This document shows, in pieces, positions 19,565 through 27,900 of a stretch of 64,000 bases of DNA. This DNA is from a virus (Duplodnaviria; Caudoviricetes). The notes under the pieces are model-generated. The model was not told the origin of the DNA and did no database searches. It saw nothing but the letters and a program-made list of their open reading frames with translations. Position 1 is the first letter of the stretch. Every line of letters begins with the position of its first letter. Location: positions 32,001 to 96,000 of the IMG/VR virus record IMGVR_UViG_3300032280_000442. One strand, written 5' to 3'. The position numbers and the translations under genes were made by a program.

Positions 19565-20020
19565 TTATAATTTATTCATCCACAAGTAATATTCTGTGGT
19601 ATTTGACGACCCCGTTGAGATGTCCACAAACTTGGTTCCCAATATGGTTCCATTTGTTATGTTATTCGGTAATATCGAACCACTTAAATTACCCCAAGGC
19701 GTCTCATACAAACTCAAGTTATATCCCGAACCTGTCGGTGTTAAGTGATATGTTGATTGATAACCGTTAAACTTATATGTTGATGAGGTTAAGAATACTA
19801 ATGTATCATTAGTTGACATAACAGTACCCATTGGACCAACTCGGTAATAAAATATTTTCCAAGTTTGACCAACCAAACTCTGTGTTGTAATAACACCTCC
19901 ATTACCTGGTGGTGGTGTTATAATAATTGGTCCGGTGTTATTAGTTGGACCTTCGTATGGGGGTGGAATTGTACAAGAACCTAATAATAATAATCCTAAT
20001 AATAATACTAACTTTTTCAT
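19565..20020 (-). CDS. lipoprotein, lipocalin-like beta domain candidate
   Basis: lipobox LLGSC; LVGQTWKI motif. Confidence 0.6.
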   Translation of the reverse strand: MKKLVLLLGLLLLGSCTIPPPYEGPTNNTGPIIITPPPGNGGVITTQSLVGQTWKIFYYRVGPMGTVMSTNDTLVFLTSSTYKFNGYQSTYHLTPTGSGYNLSLYETPWGNLSGSILPNNITNGTILGTKFVDISTGSSNTTEYYLWMNKL

Positions 20021-20023
20021 ATC

Positions 20024-20272
20024 TTAATTAATTAATTCGTTTATATCTATGTTGTTGTCCTCTAAAATGTCGTAAATTCTATCAAATACCTCTTGAATAC
20101 CGTCAAATTCGTCATATTCTTTTTCATCATCCTCAAATCTTCTTATCACCTTTTTTCTTAGGTTTTGAGTTATTTCAAATAATGCCGATGCCATATCCAA
20201 AGATTTAACGGCTCTCATATGAGCCATTCTGTCATCAGGGTCGTTTAAGTTATACGATAATGTTGCTTTCAT
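20024..20272 (-). CDS. hypothetical protein
   Basis: start moved to MKATLSYNL. Confidence 0.55.
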   Translation of the reverse strand: MKATLSYNLNDPDDRMAHMRAVKSLDMASALFEITQNLRKKVIRRFEDDEKEYDEFDGIQEVFDRIYDILEDNNIDINELIN

Positions 20273-20468
20273 ATTCTTTTTGTTTTTCAAATTGTTTTCT
20301 ACCAATACATTTAGTTTCTTCTTTTGTTTCCCACAGACCACCTCTTTTCTCCGGAGGTATCATATGACAATTGTGGGACTTGTCGTGTTTCATTGAATGT
20401 CCGATAATCATATCGTTAAACTGATTCCTATTAGTCCAAGGACATTCTTTACAGGATTTCTTACACAT
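20250..20468 (-). CDS. small Cys/His zinc-binding protein
   Basis: start MCKKSCKECPW; HNCHM; CIG. Confidence 0.5.
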   Translation of the reverse strand: MCKKSCKECPWTNRNQFNDMIIGHSMKHDKSHNCHMIPPEKRGGLWETKEETKCIGRKQFEKQKEYESNIIV

Positions 20469-20472
20469 ACTT

Positions 20473-20799
20473 TTAATATAAATCTTCTGAAAATAATCTT
20501 GTTGTTTCTTCTTTAATCTGACCATACTCAAAAGCTATTTTAGCCCCTTCCTCTCTGTCCACAAATCTATTTGTGTTTGTTAAGAATCCTTGTTCGTATT
20601 CACCAACACCGTCTTCGGCATTTGTAACACTTCGTAATCCGGTTAAACTACCCATAGTCCACATACATTGTCCGTGTCTATGACCTAACACCACCAACCC
20701 TCTATCACAGTTCTTCGGAAGGACTCCATCAATTACTTTTTTCAAAGGTATATCTTTATACCAAATTGCCGCACATATTATGTATTCTTTTTTATCCAT
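20473..20799 (-). CDS. conserved phage hypothetical protein
   Basis: ICAAIW, GHRH, QGFLT...RFVDR.E, LFSEDLY. Confidence 0.65.
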   Translation of the reverse strand: MDKKEYIICAAIWYKDIPLKKVIDGVLPKNCDRGLVVLGHRHGQCMWTMGSLTGLRSVTNAEDGVGEYEQGFLTNTNRFVDREEGAKIAFEYGQIKEETTRLFSEDLY

Positions 20800-21179
20800 T
20801 TGTTATCCGAGTTTAAAATATATTCACCAACAAAATCTTTTCCTCTACTCCATTCATTGGGTGCAATAAGTGATAATGTTAATTCTCCTGCAAAGTTATA
20901 TAAAAAATATGACTTTCCAACTATCGGCTCAAAAGAAATTTTAGATTCCCACACCATAATAGAAGTATTATACTCATCATACATTTTTTCTATCCTTTCT
21001 TTTATCTCTTGATGTTCCCTGTTGAAGACATCCATCATCTTTTTTGATGACTGACTTCTAAACAATGGAACATTAGGTAAGTCAAAACCTTGACCACCGG
21101 CACTTGTTGGATACGACTTTAATTTTGCGTCGTAACCGTCTTTCTCACTCCAAACAACTAAATCCGGTTTCTTCTCCAT
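20778..21179 (-). CDS. DUF2452-like protein
   Basis: YPTS, FEPIVGK.Y.LY, LSLIAP.EW. Confidence 0.65.
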   Translation of the reverse strand: MEKKPDLVVWSEKDGYDAKLKSYPTSAGGQGFDLPNVPLFRSQSSKKMMDVFNREHQEIKERIEKMYDEYNTSIMVWESKISFEPIVGKSYFLYNFAGELTLSLIAPNEWSRGKDFVGEYILNSDNKWIKKNT

Positions 21180-21413
21180 TTATTCAAATTTATCCACAAC
21201 AACCTCAATACCCGTCATCCGACTAACATCTTCACCAATACTAACACCAGCACTTTCAAACTCACCTTTAACCGTAACAAAAATTGCTGAAGTTATCTTA
21301 TTCTCAAAAAGTCCATCTTCACCAACATCATACCTTTCAAATAAAGCATAGTCCACAACCTTGAGGTCGGGATATAATGAATGTAATATTTTTTCAAATC
21401 TCTTCTGTTCCAT
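21180..21413 (-). CDS. hypothetical protein
   Basis: first gene of the leftward operon. Confidence 0.55.
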   Translation of the reverse strand: MEQKRFEKILHSLYPDLKVVDYALFERYDVGEDGLFENKITSAIFVTVKGEFESAGVSIGEDVSRMTGIEVVVDKFE

Positions 21414-21474
21414 AATACCACAAGTATAATAAAAATATTTTCAATAAAAAGTTGTTGCAATGAGATTTTTTATA

Positions 21475-21482
21475 TATCTTTG
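21475..21482 (+). promoter_or_regulatory. Bacteroidota sigma-A type -7 element
   Basis: TATCTTTG upstream of the 21513 operon. Confidence 0.6.
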
Positions 21483-21512
21483 TCCAATATTAATAATCTA
21501 AAACATTTAAAA

Positions 21513-21737
21513 ATGGGGAAACCAAGTTCAAAAGGGAAGTATGTTGTTAAAGTGGGTCTTAACGACATTTATGTATTAGCAACAAAAAAACCGGATACAA
21601 CAAAAAAACACGGATATTCAATGACTTACGATTTCCGAATCTACAAAAACGGAAAACTTGTTGAGAAAGGATTAAAATCCAAAGACGCAGCTGTAGAGAA
21701 AGCATTAACAATTGTCCCATCTAAACAAAAAGCGTAA
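21513..21737 (+). CDS. basic hypothetical protein
   Basis: start moved to MGKPSS. Confidence 0.55.
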   Translation: MGKPSSKGKYVVKVGLNDIYVLATKKPDTTKKHGYSMTYDFRIYKNGKLVEKGLKSKDAAVEKALTIVPSKQKA

Positions 21738-21964
21738 TGAGTGAAATAGAAACAAAAACCGGATTAGACGTATTGGTTGATTTGAATTTAAGTAAAGTTA
21801 AACCAAAACTAAGACGTAAAATTGTAAAACAACTTAAGAAAAAAAACCTTCAAGTTAAAATTTATGTTGACGTATATGGAGCACAAGAAGGGTTAGTTGA
21901 TGTATTCACCGATGCTGTGACAACATTAAAACCTAAAAAAAGAAAGAAAAATAAAAAAAAATAA
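21737..21964 (+). CDS. basic hypothetical protein
   Basis: TAATG coupling. Confidence 0.5.
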   Translation: MSEIETKTGLDVLVDLNLSKVKPKLRRKIVKQLKKKNLQVKIYVDVYGAQEGLVDVFTDAVTTLKPKKRKKNKKK

Positions 21965-21965
21965 T

Positions 21966-22700
21966 ATGAATTACGGAAAAGAGTTTCAAAAATTCGCAAT
22001 AGGTGATAGAGGTATCTCAGGACTTAACTTGGATTACTACCAAAAACACATCGAGAGTGTAACTCCATACATTTTGGAAGAAAGAGAGATGAGAGCAACT
22101 CAACTTGATATTTTCTCCCGACTTATGATGGACCGAATTATTTGGGTTTCCGGACCGGTTGAGAGTCAGATGGCATCTATCATCCAAGCTCAACTTATCT
22201 TCTTGGAAACCACCGATAAAAAAGATATCAGTATGTATCTTGACACTCCGGGAGGTTCGGTATTAAGCGGACTTGGAATCAGAGATACAATGAACTACAT
22301 CAAACCGGATGTTGCAACATTGAATGTTGGGATGTGTGCGTCAATGGGTTCAGTATTAGTATCTTCGGGAGCAAAAGGAAAAAGAAGTTCATTAATCTTT
22401 TCAAAAATTATGACACATATGGTGTCTCACGGAACTCAAGGAAATGTTCAAGACACTCGTATCAATCAATTAGAAGCTGAGAAGTATAACTATATGTTAT
22501 TCAAAATCTTGGCAGAGAATTGTGGAAAAACATTTGACGAAATGTATGAGTCGTCAAGAAATGACAAATGGTTCAACTCAGATGAGGCAAAAACATTTGG
22601 TTTAATTGATAACATCGTTGGATTAGAGACAAACAAATCTATGACAGAGATGATGGTTGGGTTTGATGAGTTCTACTCTAAAGAAATATTAAAACGATAA
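21966..22700 (+). CDS. clpP: ATP-dependent Clp protease proteolytic subunit
   Basis: DIFSRLMMDRII, IQAQLIFLE, TPGGSV, GMCASMG (Ser), IMTH (His), RNDKW (Asp). Confidence 0.93.
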   Translation: MNYGKEFQKFAIGDRGISGLNLDYYQKHIESVTPYILEEREMRATQLDIFSRLMMDRIIWVSGPVESQMASIIQAQLIFLETTDKKDISMYLDTPGGSVLSGLGIRDTMNYIKPDVATLNVGMCASMGSVLVSSGAKGKRSSLIFSKIMTHMVSHGTQGNVQDTRINQLEAEKYNYMLFKILAENCGKTFDEMYESSRNDKWFNSDEAKTFGLIDNIVGLETNKSMTEMMVGFDEFYSKEILKR

Positions 22701-22704
22701 TACA

Positions 22705-23229
22705 ATGGCAAACACGATGACAACTTATGTTAAGGTCGGAAGTCTTAACGAAGAAACTCACAAAAAGTTTGTTGAGTTATTTGAAAAATCAGGTGACCAA
22801 GTAAGTCATTTCAACACATTATATGAAACTGATTTAGAAGACATTGAAAGAGAATGGATGTTAGAAAATGTTGGAGCAAAATGGATTCTGATTGAGTGTG
22901 ATGATTTAGAATATCACGACACAATGGAGTTGGTTCTTGAAACCGCTTGGACAGTTCCAACGGAATATCTTCAAAAGATTGTTGAGTTTATTGGTGGTGA
23001 TGTTGTGGTATATGGAACATACGAAGACGAGTCATACGACCCAATCGGAGCATTCGTATACGCGGTGGACTACGATGATATTGAAGATTACGAAGAAGTT
23101 GAACACGATAGAATCTTTGAGGACGATGATTATTTGGAAGAGATGTACGATGGATTATACGAACTTCGTGATTCTCTATATGAAGGTTATCGTGAAGTTA
23201 TGGACGAAAGAAGTATTGAAGAAGATTAA
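22705..23229 (+). CDS. highly acidic protein, YubB/DUF1281 ferredoxin-like fold candidate
   Basis: REW..ENVGAKW ... ETAWTVP ... YEDE; very D/E-rich. Confidence 0.5.
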   Translation: MANTMTTYVKVGSLNEETHKKFVELFEKSGDQVSHFNTLYETDLEDIEREWMLENVGAKWILIECDDLEYHDTMELVLETAWTVPTEYLQKIVEFIGGDVVVYGTYEDESYDPIGAFVYAVDYDDIEDYEEVEHDRIFEDDDYLEEMYDGLYELRDSLYEGYREVMDERSIEED

Positions 23230-23248
23230 ACCATTATAAAAAACAAAT

Positions 23249-23590
23249 ATGAAATCACATTTTAGAAAAACGGAGTATTACACCTCCCACAACGCCAACG
23301 CTCCGGTGGAGTTAGACAGCGAAAAATTCCCTGACTTCAAGGGTGAAACTGAAGAAGAGTTCTTACAATATGTTTATGACAATTTAGACGGATGGGTTGA
23401 CGGAGAAGGAGAACCATCATTTGACGAAGAAACACAAGACGCTTTGTATGAATTACAACACGGGACAATGGAAGAATATTGGGGTTCTTATCAAAACTAT
23501 TTTGAGGGAGACCTTCAAATTGGTGAACCAACACCTAAAGACAATTACAAAAACGGAAATTTTAAAACCATAGATTCAATCTCAATCTAA
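23249..23590 (+). CDS. acidic hypothetical protein
   Basis: ORF in operon. Confidence 0.55.
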   Translation: MKSHFRKTEYYTSHNANAPVELDSEKFPDFKGETEEEFLQYVYDNLDGWVDGEGEPSFDEETQDALYELQHGTMEEYWGSYQNYFEGDLQIGEPTPKDNYKNGNFKTIDSISI

Positions 23591-23674
23591 TGAAAAAACT
23601 ATTAAATTGGTTATTTGGTTACTTACCATCTAACACATCGGAAAACATTTTAATGTAAAAAAATAAACTAAACT

Positions 23675-23968
23675 ATGAAAAAAATACTTTTAATTATCGC
23701 ATTGTCATTATCGACACAAATTTTTTCACAATCAACACCGGTAGATAAACTTCCGGAACCAATGGAATATGGTCAAAAAATTTACTATACAAAAGAGGGT
23801 AACCTTATTGTTGAAACAAAAAAGAATTTAAGTCAAGAAGACATCGAGACCGTAAAAAAATATGTTAAAACATATTACGTAAAATATGATTGGTCATCCC
23901 CTGAGATATTTGATAAGTCATTTTTCTCAAAAAAAGAAATACTACGTTTTTATAAAATTAAAAAATAA
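23675..23968 (+). CDS. secreted hypothetical protein
   Basis: signal peptide MKKILLIIALSLSTQIFSQ. Confidence 0.55.
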   Translation: MKKILLIIALSLSTQIFSQSTPVDKLPEPMEYGQKIYYTKEGNLIVETKKNLSQEDIETVKKYVKTYYVKYDWSSPEIFDKSFFSKKEILRFYKIKK

Positions 23969-23981
23969 AAAAAACCCTCAA

Positions 23982-25100
23982 CTATTGTTGGGGGTTTTTG
24001 TCTTTTATTAGGGAATATAATTTACTTAATTTTTTTGTCATCTTAAGACAAATATTTCTTGTTTGATTAATCTCGTATCTAAAGAATCTTTCATAGTCAC
24101 CACCAAATCTTGTAATTTTACTAAGATATTTATCGTAGTATCTTTCTTTAGCCCCTTTAAAACCAAATAATTCTTCCATAAAGTTATCCACCAAAAACTC
24201 TTTCATATTTCCGGCTTTCCATTGCAATAATGTTTTGAAGAATTGTAATAATGTTAAATCAACCATATCATCATCAGATATGTTCTCTGGGTAATCAATA
24301 TTATTATCGTCGAATGTTTGTTTAATTTGAGGAATGATTAACTTTAAATCTTCTCTTAATTTTTCATAACTTAAGTTAGCCCCTTTTTTATAATTCTCAT
24401 AAACTTTATGATTCGTTATAAATTTGTAAAAATCCTTTTTTGTAATCCCACTCTCTTCCAATGCCGCATACAACTCAGTCGCCCTAACCAAGTTTTCAGT
24501 TGTGTGAGCAAAATACATATAACTCAATAATTCATTCAATGGTGGTATATTACCAAATCTTCTCTGAGAACCAATTTTATAATCAACTCTTTTGTGTGTT
24601 TTAACTATTGGGTCAACAGATTCATCATAAGCGTGTTTTAATTCGTGAGCCAAACTTGAAACCATTAGAGTTCTTTCTTTCTTAAACTCATCAATCACCT
24701 CTTGAGTTGTTACATCTTTATCAATCGCAAAACTAATTGATAATTCAACTTTATTCATATTTTGGTTTACCTCATAATTGAACTTAGCATTCATCTTAAC
24801 TTTACCGTGATGAGTCATCGCGTGCAATAAAATTCTAGGTAATTCCCCGTCCGGATTAGTATAATCATTTATGTCATCAACACTAAACGACACCTTAATT
24901 GTCTTAAACTTATAATCATTAATTTGGAAGTCACCCTTTAATGTAATTTTCTTTTTTATAAAAGAATTGATATTATCATTAGGGTTTAGACTTGATATGA
25001 TTTTGTCATATAGTTCTTGGGCAACTTCAACGATGTTAGTTGGGACACCAACCGCTTCGTTTAATTTTGTATATTGAGATTCTTTAATTTTAATTTTCAT
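23982..25100 (-). CDS. leader-bearing HExxH metallopeptidase-like protein
   Basis: leader MKIKIKESQY..LNE; LAHELKHAY; TATTTAT-N4-ATG. Confidence 0.65.
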   Translation of the reverse strand: MKIKIKESQYTKLNEAVGVPTNIVEVAQELYDKIISSLNPNDNINSFIKKKITLKGDFQINDYKFKTIKVSFSVDDINDYTNPDGELPRILLHAMTHHGKVKMNAKFNYEVNQNMNKVELSISFAIDKDVTTQEVIDEFKKERTLMVSSLAHELKHAYDESVDPIVKTHKRVDYKIGSQRRFGNIPPLNELLSYMYFAHTTENLVRATELYAALEESGITKKDFYKFITNHKVYENYKKGANLSYEKLREDLKLIIPQIKQTFDDNNIDYPENISDDDMVDLTLLQFFKTLLQWKAGNMKEFLVDNFMEELFGFKGAKERYYDKYLSKITRFGGDYERFFRYEINQTRNICLKMTKKLSKLYSLIKDKNPQQ

Positions 25101-25104
25101 ATTG

Positions 25105-25111
25105 ATAAATA
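25105..25111 (-). promoter_or_regulatory. phage TATTTAT promoter-like motif, 4 nt before ATG (representative copy)
   Basis: same motif and spacing at 14622, 26782, 31651, 33949, 34869, 37361, 37760, 39927, 42054, 48477, 52518, 55078, 58442 (minus) and 62283 (plus). Confidence 0.75.
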
Positions 25112-25152
25112 TCTGTGGAAATAAAAAACCCTCCGGAAAAGAGGGTTATATT

Positions 25153-25368
25153 TCATCGTCTTCCGCCACTACGACGGGGTCCTTGCGGATATCCACCATA
25201 ATTTGGTAGGACATAATATGGACGAGGTTGATAATAGTAAAATTGTGGTCTATAAGTTTCGTATCTAACGACAGGTAATGGTTGAGTATAAAATTGGTAA
25301 TGAACCGGTTGGAACCCATTACAAGCAGTTAATAAAAATAAGCTAAGAACTAATAATAATTTATTCAT
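25153..25368 (-). CDS. small Tyr/Pro-rich lipoprotein
   Basis: lipobox LLTAC. Confidence 0.5.
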   Translation of the reverse strand: MNKLLLVLSLFLLTACNGFQPVHYQFYTQPLPVVRYETYRPQFYYYQPRPYYVLPNYGGYPQGPRRSGGRR

Positions 25369-25609
25369 AATAAATAATTTAATTATTAAAGCTAGAATAA
25401 TAAAGCTCTAGTTTTTATAAATATCTCAATTTTTTAAAAATCTCTGGTGACCATATAATAAATTATGAGAGGATATAACAATGTGGTTCCAATAAGGTCT
25501 TCAAGAGTAATATCTTGACCTGAAAGACACATTACAATCGTAAAAAGTAATGTGAATATTAGTCCAATTTTAATGTAAAGAATAAGATATATCATATATT
25601 TATAAGTAT

Positions 25610-25954
25610 ATGAGAACAAAAGAAATAGAACAATCATTAAAGATGTTTTCCAAATTTTTATCTTCAGATGAAGGTAAAAGGGTTGCGCATATTTTCTCAG
25701 ATGACATAGAATTTAGATTAGGACCACGTCAACATTTGAATCCTGAAAGTATTGAGAAAAAAAAGGGAAATTATTGGATTATGGTGGACATAATCTATAA
25801 TAAATCATCTCAGGTTATGATTAATTGGAAAAATGTTCCAAATCACCAAGATATGAGAAAAGAATTGAGACAATGGTTACCATTCTTTGGGTTTTCCAAC
25901 AATGTTGATATTATGATAGTCCACACTAAAAAAGAAGATGATTTTCCATTATAA
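25610..25954 (+). CDS. hypothetical protein
   Basis: TATTTAT motif upstream. Confidence 0.55.
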   Translation: MRTKEIEQSLKMFSKFLSSDEGKRVAHIFSDDIEFRLGPRQHLNPESIEKKKGNYWIMVDIIYNKSSQVMINWKNVPNHQDMRKELRQWLPFFGFSNNVDIMIVHTKKEDDFPL

Positions 25955-26020
25955 ACCAAAAAAACACCTGAAATAGGTGTCATTTTCCACTAAAAGTGGT
26001 ATATTAGTCATTATTTTCCA

Positions 26021-26413
26021 TTAATTTCCTACAGTCTTAACCGGTACGTGGAATTTATCCCAAAACCAATCAATAAATGGTTGTTTCCATTTATCACCAA
26101 AATAACCATTTAATGTTGTATAAACAGTATCATCGTAAATAACCAATTGTGGTGATTTAGTTATAGCATCCTTACGAAGTTCCTCACCCCATTGTTCACC
26201 TTCATCACTAGTCCAATAATCTTCACCATACCATCTGAATACGGTATTATCACCTTCTTCGTAATCTCCTTCATAAAATTCAATTGCGTAGTCCACTTCA
26301 TTACCAAAATCATCAATACCTGGCGTCCAACCAATGTTATTGGTGTCGTAGGTATCGTTCAGGTAGTCAATTACCGCTTGATTTAATTTACTCTCAGTTA
26401 TTATTATTTTCAT
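26021..26413 (-). CDS. leader-bearing protein, W(F/V)xx(K/T)(F/Y) paralog family
   Basis: MKIIITESKL; FIDWFWDKFHVPV. Confidence 0.7.
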   Translation of the reverse strand: MKIIITESKLNQAVIDYLNDTYDTNNIGWTPGIDDFGNEVDYAIEFYEGDYEEGDNTVFRWYGEDYWTSDEGEQWGEELRKDAITKSPQLVIYDDTVYTTLNGYFGDKWKQPFIDWFWDKFHVPVKTVGN

Positions 26414-26414
26414 A

Positions 26415-26777
26415 TTATCTAATTCCGTGTTTTACACTATCCGCATCTTGTTTATAAGTTTCATTAAACCATTTTAATAGTGGTTCATCAAAATTACCAA
26501 AATAACTTGACAATTCCTGAGACAATTTCCAATCCACATATAATCTAACTCCGGGATATGCCGGTCTTGTGTTGCCACCTTTCTCCCAAAAAACCGGACC
26601 ACCACTAACAACGTGAAATAATACGTCATTAGTTTTTGGGTCAAAATATTTATAACCGTGACCAAAAGACATACTTTTAGTCGGTCGTCTTTTTAACCTA
26701 CCCATCTCAGGAAACTTACCCTCGATAAAAGTTTGGATAATATTTTTTCGTTGTTCTTCGGTTATTATAATTTTCAT
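26415..26777 (-). CDS. leader-bearing protein, same paralog family
   Basis: start moved to MKIIITEEQ with TATTTAT-N4; LLKWFNETY. Confidence 0.7.
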   Translation of the reverse strand: MKIIITEEQRKNIIQTFIEGKFPEMGRLKRRPTKSMSFGHGYKYFDPKTNDVLFHVVSGGPVFWEKGGNTRPAYPGVRLYVDWKLSQELSSYFGNFDEPLLKWFNETYKQDADSVKHGIR

Positions 26778-26790
26778 ATCAATAAATATC

Positions 26791-27285
26791 TCACAACAAG
26801 ATATTATCAATAACTTTCCCGATTTCCTTATACACCGGACAATTACAGTGGGGGTCACCTTTACCAATTGGAGGTTCAATTATTGTCCCACCCAAGTCTT
26901 CATATAGTTTGTAGTATTTCTTAACCTTACCATAACCGGTTCGTTTAAGACCACCCCAACCCCAAGAACCCTGAATCACATAAATTTTGGCATTTGGAAA
27001 TGTAATCCATAATGTTTTAAATAATTTTTCAATTCCTTTATCCACATATAGGTCGTTGGTTCCAATACACAGAAAAACATTTTGGACATTGGTCAAAACT
27101 TTATGTCTCTGAACCATTTTTGTAAGGACTGGGACATCAATCCCACCTTTCCATAGTCCAACAACCCTCTCCACTTTTTTTGAGTTCCTATCAACATACG
27201 GAGTTTGGGAATCTCCGATAATAATGTTGTTGGGAATTTGTGAATACCCAACCAAACAAAACAATAAACAAATAATAAATTTCAT
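26791..27285 (-). CDS. secreted SGNH/GDSL hydrolase
   Basis: signal peptide; IIGDS, IGTND, D.H. Confidence 0.7.
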   Translation of the reverse strand: MKFIICLLFCLVGYSQIPNNIIIGDSQTPYVDRNSKKVERVVGLWKGGIDVPVLTKMVQRHKVLTNVQNVFLCIGTNDLYVDKGIEKLFKTLWITFPNAKIYVIQGSWGWGGLKRTGYGKVKKYYKLYEDLGGTIIEPPIGKGDPHCNCPVYKEIGKVIDNILL

Positions 27286-27329
27286 ATTCTCATTAAATTA
27301 AAAAACCCCCGTTTAAATGGGGGTTAGAA

Positions 27330-27539
27330 TTATTTAGACGAAACTAAATAATATGTGGTTCCTTCACGTTTAATATACACGTCTCTTGGATTGTCAACGG
27401 TCGGATGGGTGTTCCAAGTTTCTGTTAAACCTATCTCACCATCCATTGGTTTCATAACACATTTTTTGTCCACGAACTTAATAGTTCTTGTTATTTTAGA
27501 TTCTTCCATAGGTAAGTATAAATAAAAATTATTCATCAA
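27330..27539 (-). CDS. hypothetical protein
   Basis: ORF followed by a terminator; start possibly MEESK. Confidence 0.45.
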   Translation of the reverse strand: MMNNFYLYLPMEESKITRTIKFVDKKCVMKPMDGEIGLTETWNTHPTVDNPRDVYIKREGTTYYLVSSK

Positions 27540-27547
27540 TCAATAAT

Positions 27548-27844
27548 CTATGGTAATATTTTAGTGATTGTTCTGGAACCATTTTTATCCAAATACTTTA
27601 TCACGCAGTTATCCTCATTGAGAATGGAACAATATCCAAATAAAGAAGTAACAAAATCTTCAATCACCATACTCTCACAACCGGGAATGGTGAGCATATA
27701 TTTGTAGGACATATTATCGACATAAGCACCCTTAACATTTTTGAGAATGATTTCAAAATACTTTTTTTGGTTATACCGGACGAGCACCTTTAACTCGGGA
27801 TATAACTCCTTCAAAACTTTTCTGATGATAATCAACTTCTTCAT
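27548..27844 (-). CDS. hypothetical protein
   Basis: K.L..LYP.LKV shared with 21180..21413. Confidence 0.5.
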   Translation of the reverse strand: MKKLIIIRKVLKELYPELKVLVRYNQKKYFEIILKNVKGAYVDNMSYKYMLTIPGCESMVIEDFVTSLFGYCSILNEDNCVIKYLDKNGSRTITKILP

Positions 27845-27864
27845 TTAAAAAATATAAAGAATAA

Positions 27865-27896
27865 TTTGATAATAAGAAACCATTGTCTTATTTTTG
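27865..27896 (+). promoter_or_regulatory. Bacteroidota-type promoter TTTG-N20-TAnnTTTG, 4 nt before ATG
   Basis: tttg 27865-27868; tatttttg 27889-27896; ATG 27901. Confidence 0.7.
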
Positions 27897-27900
27897 TGCT

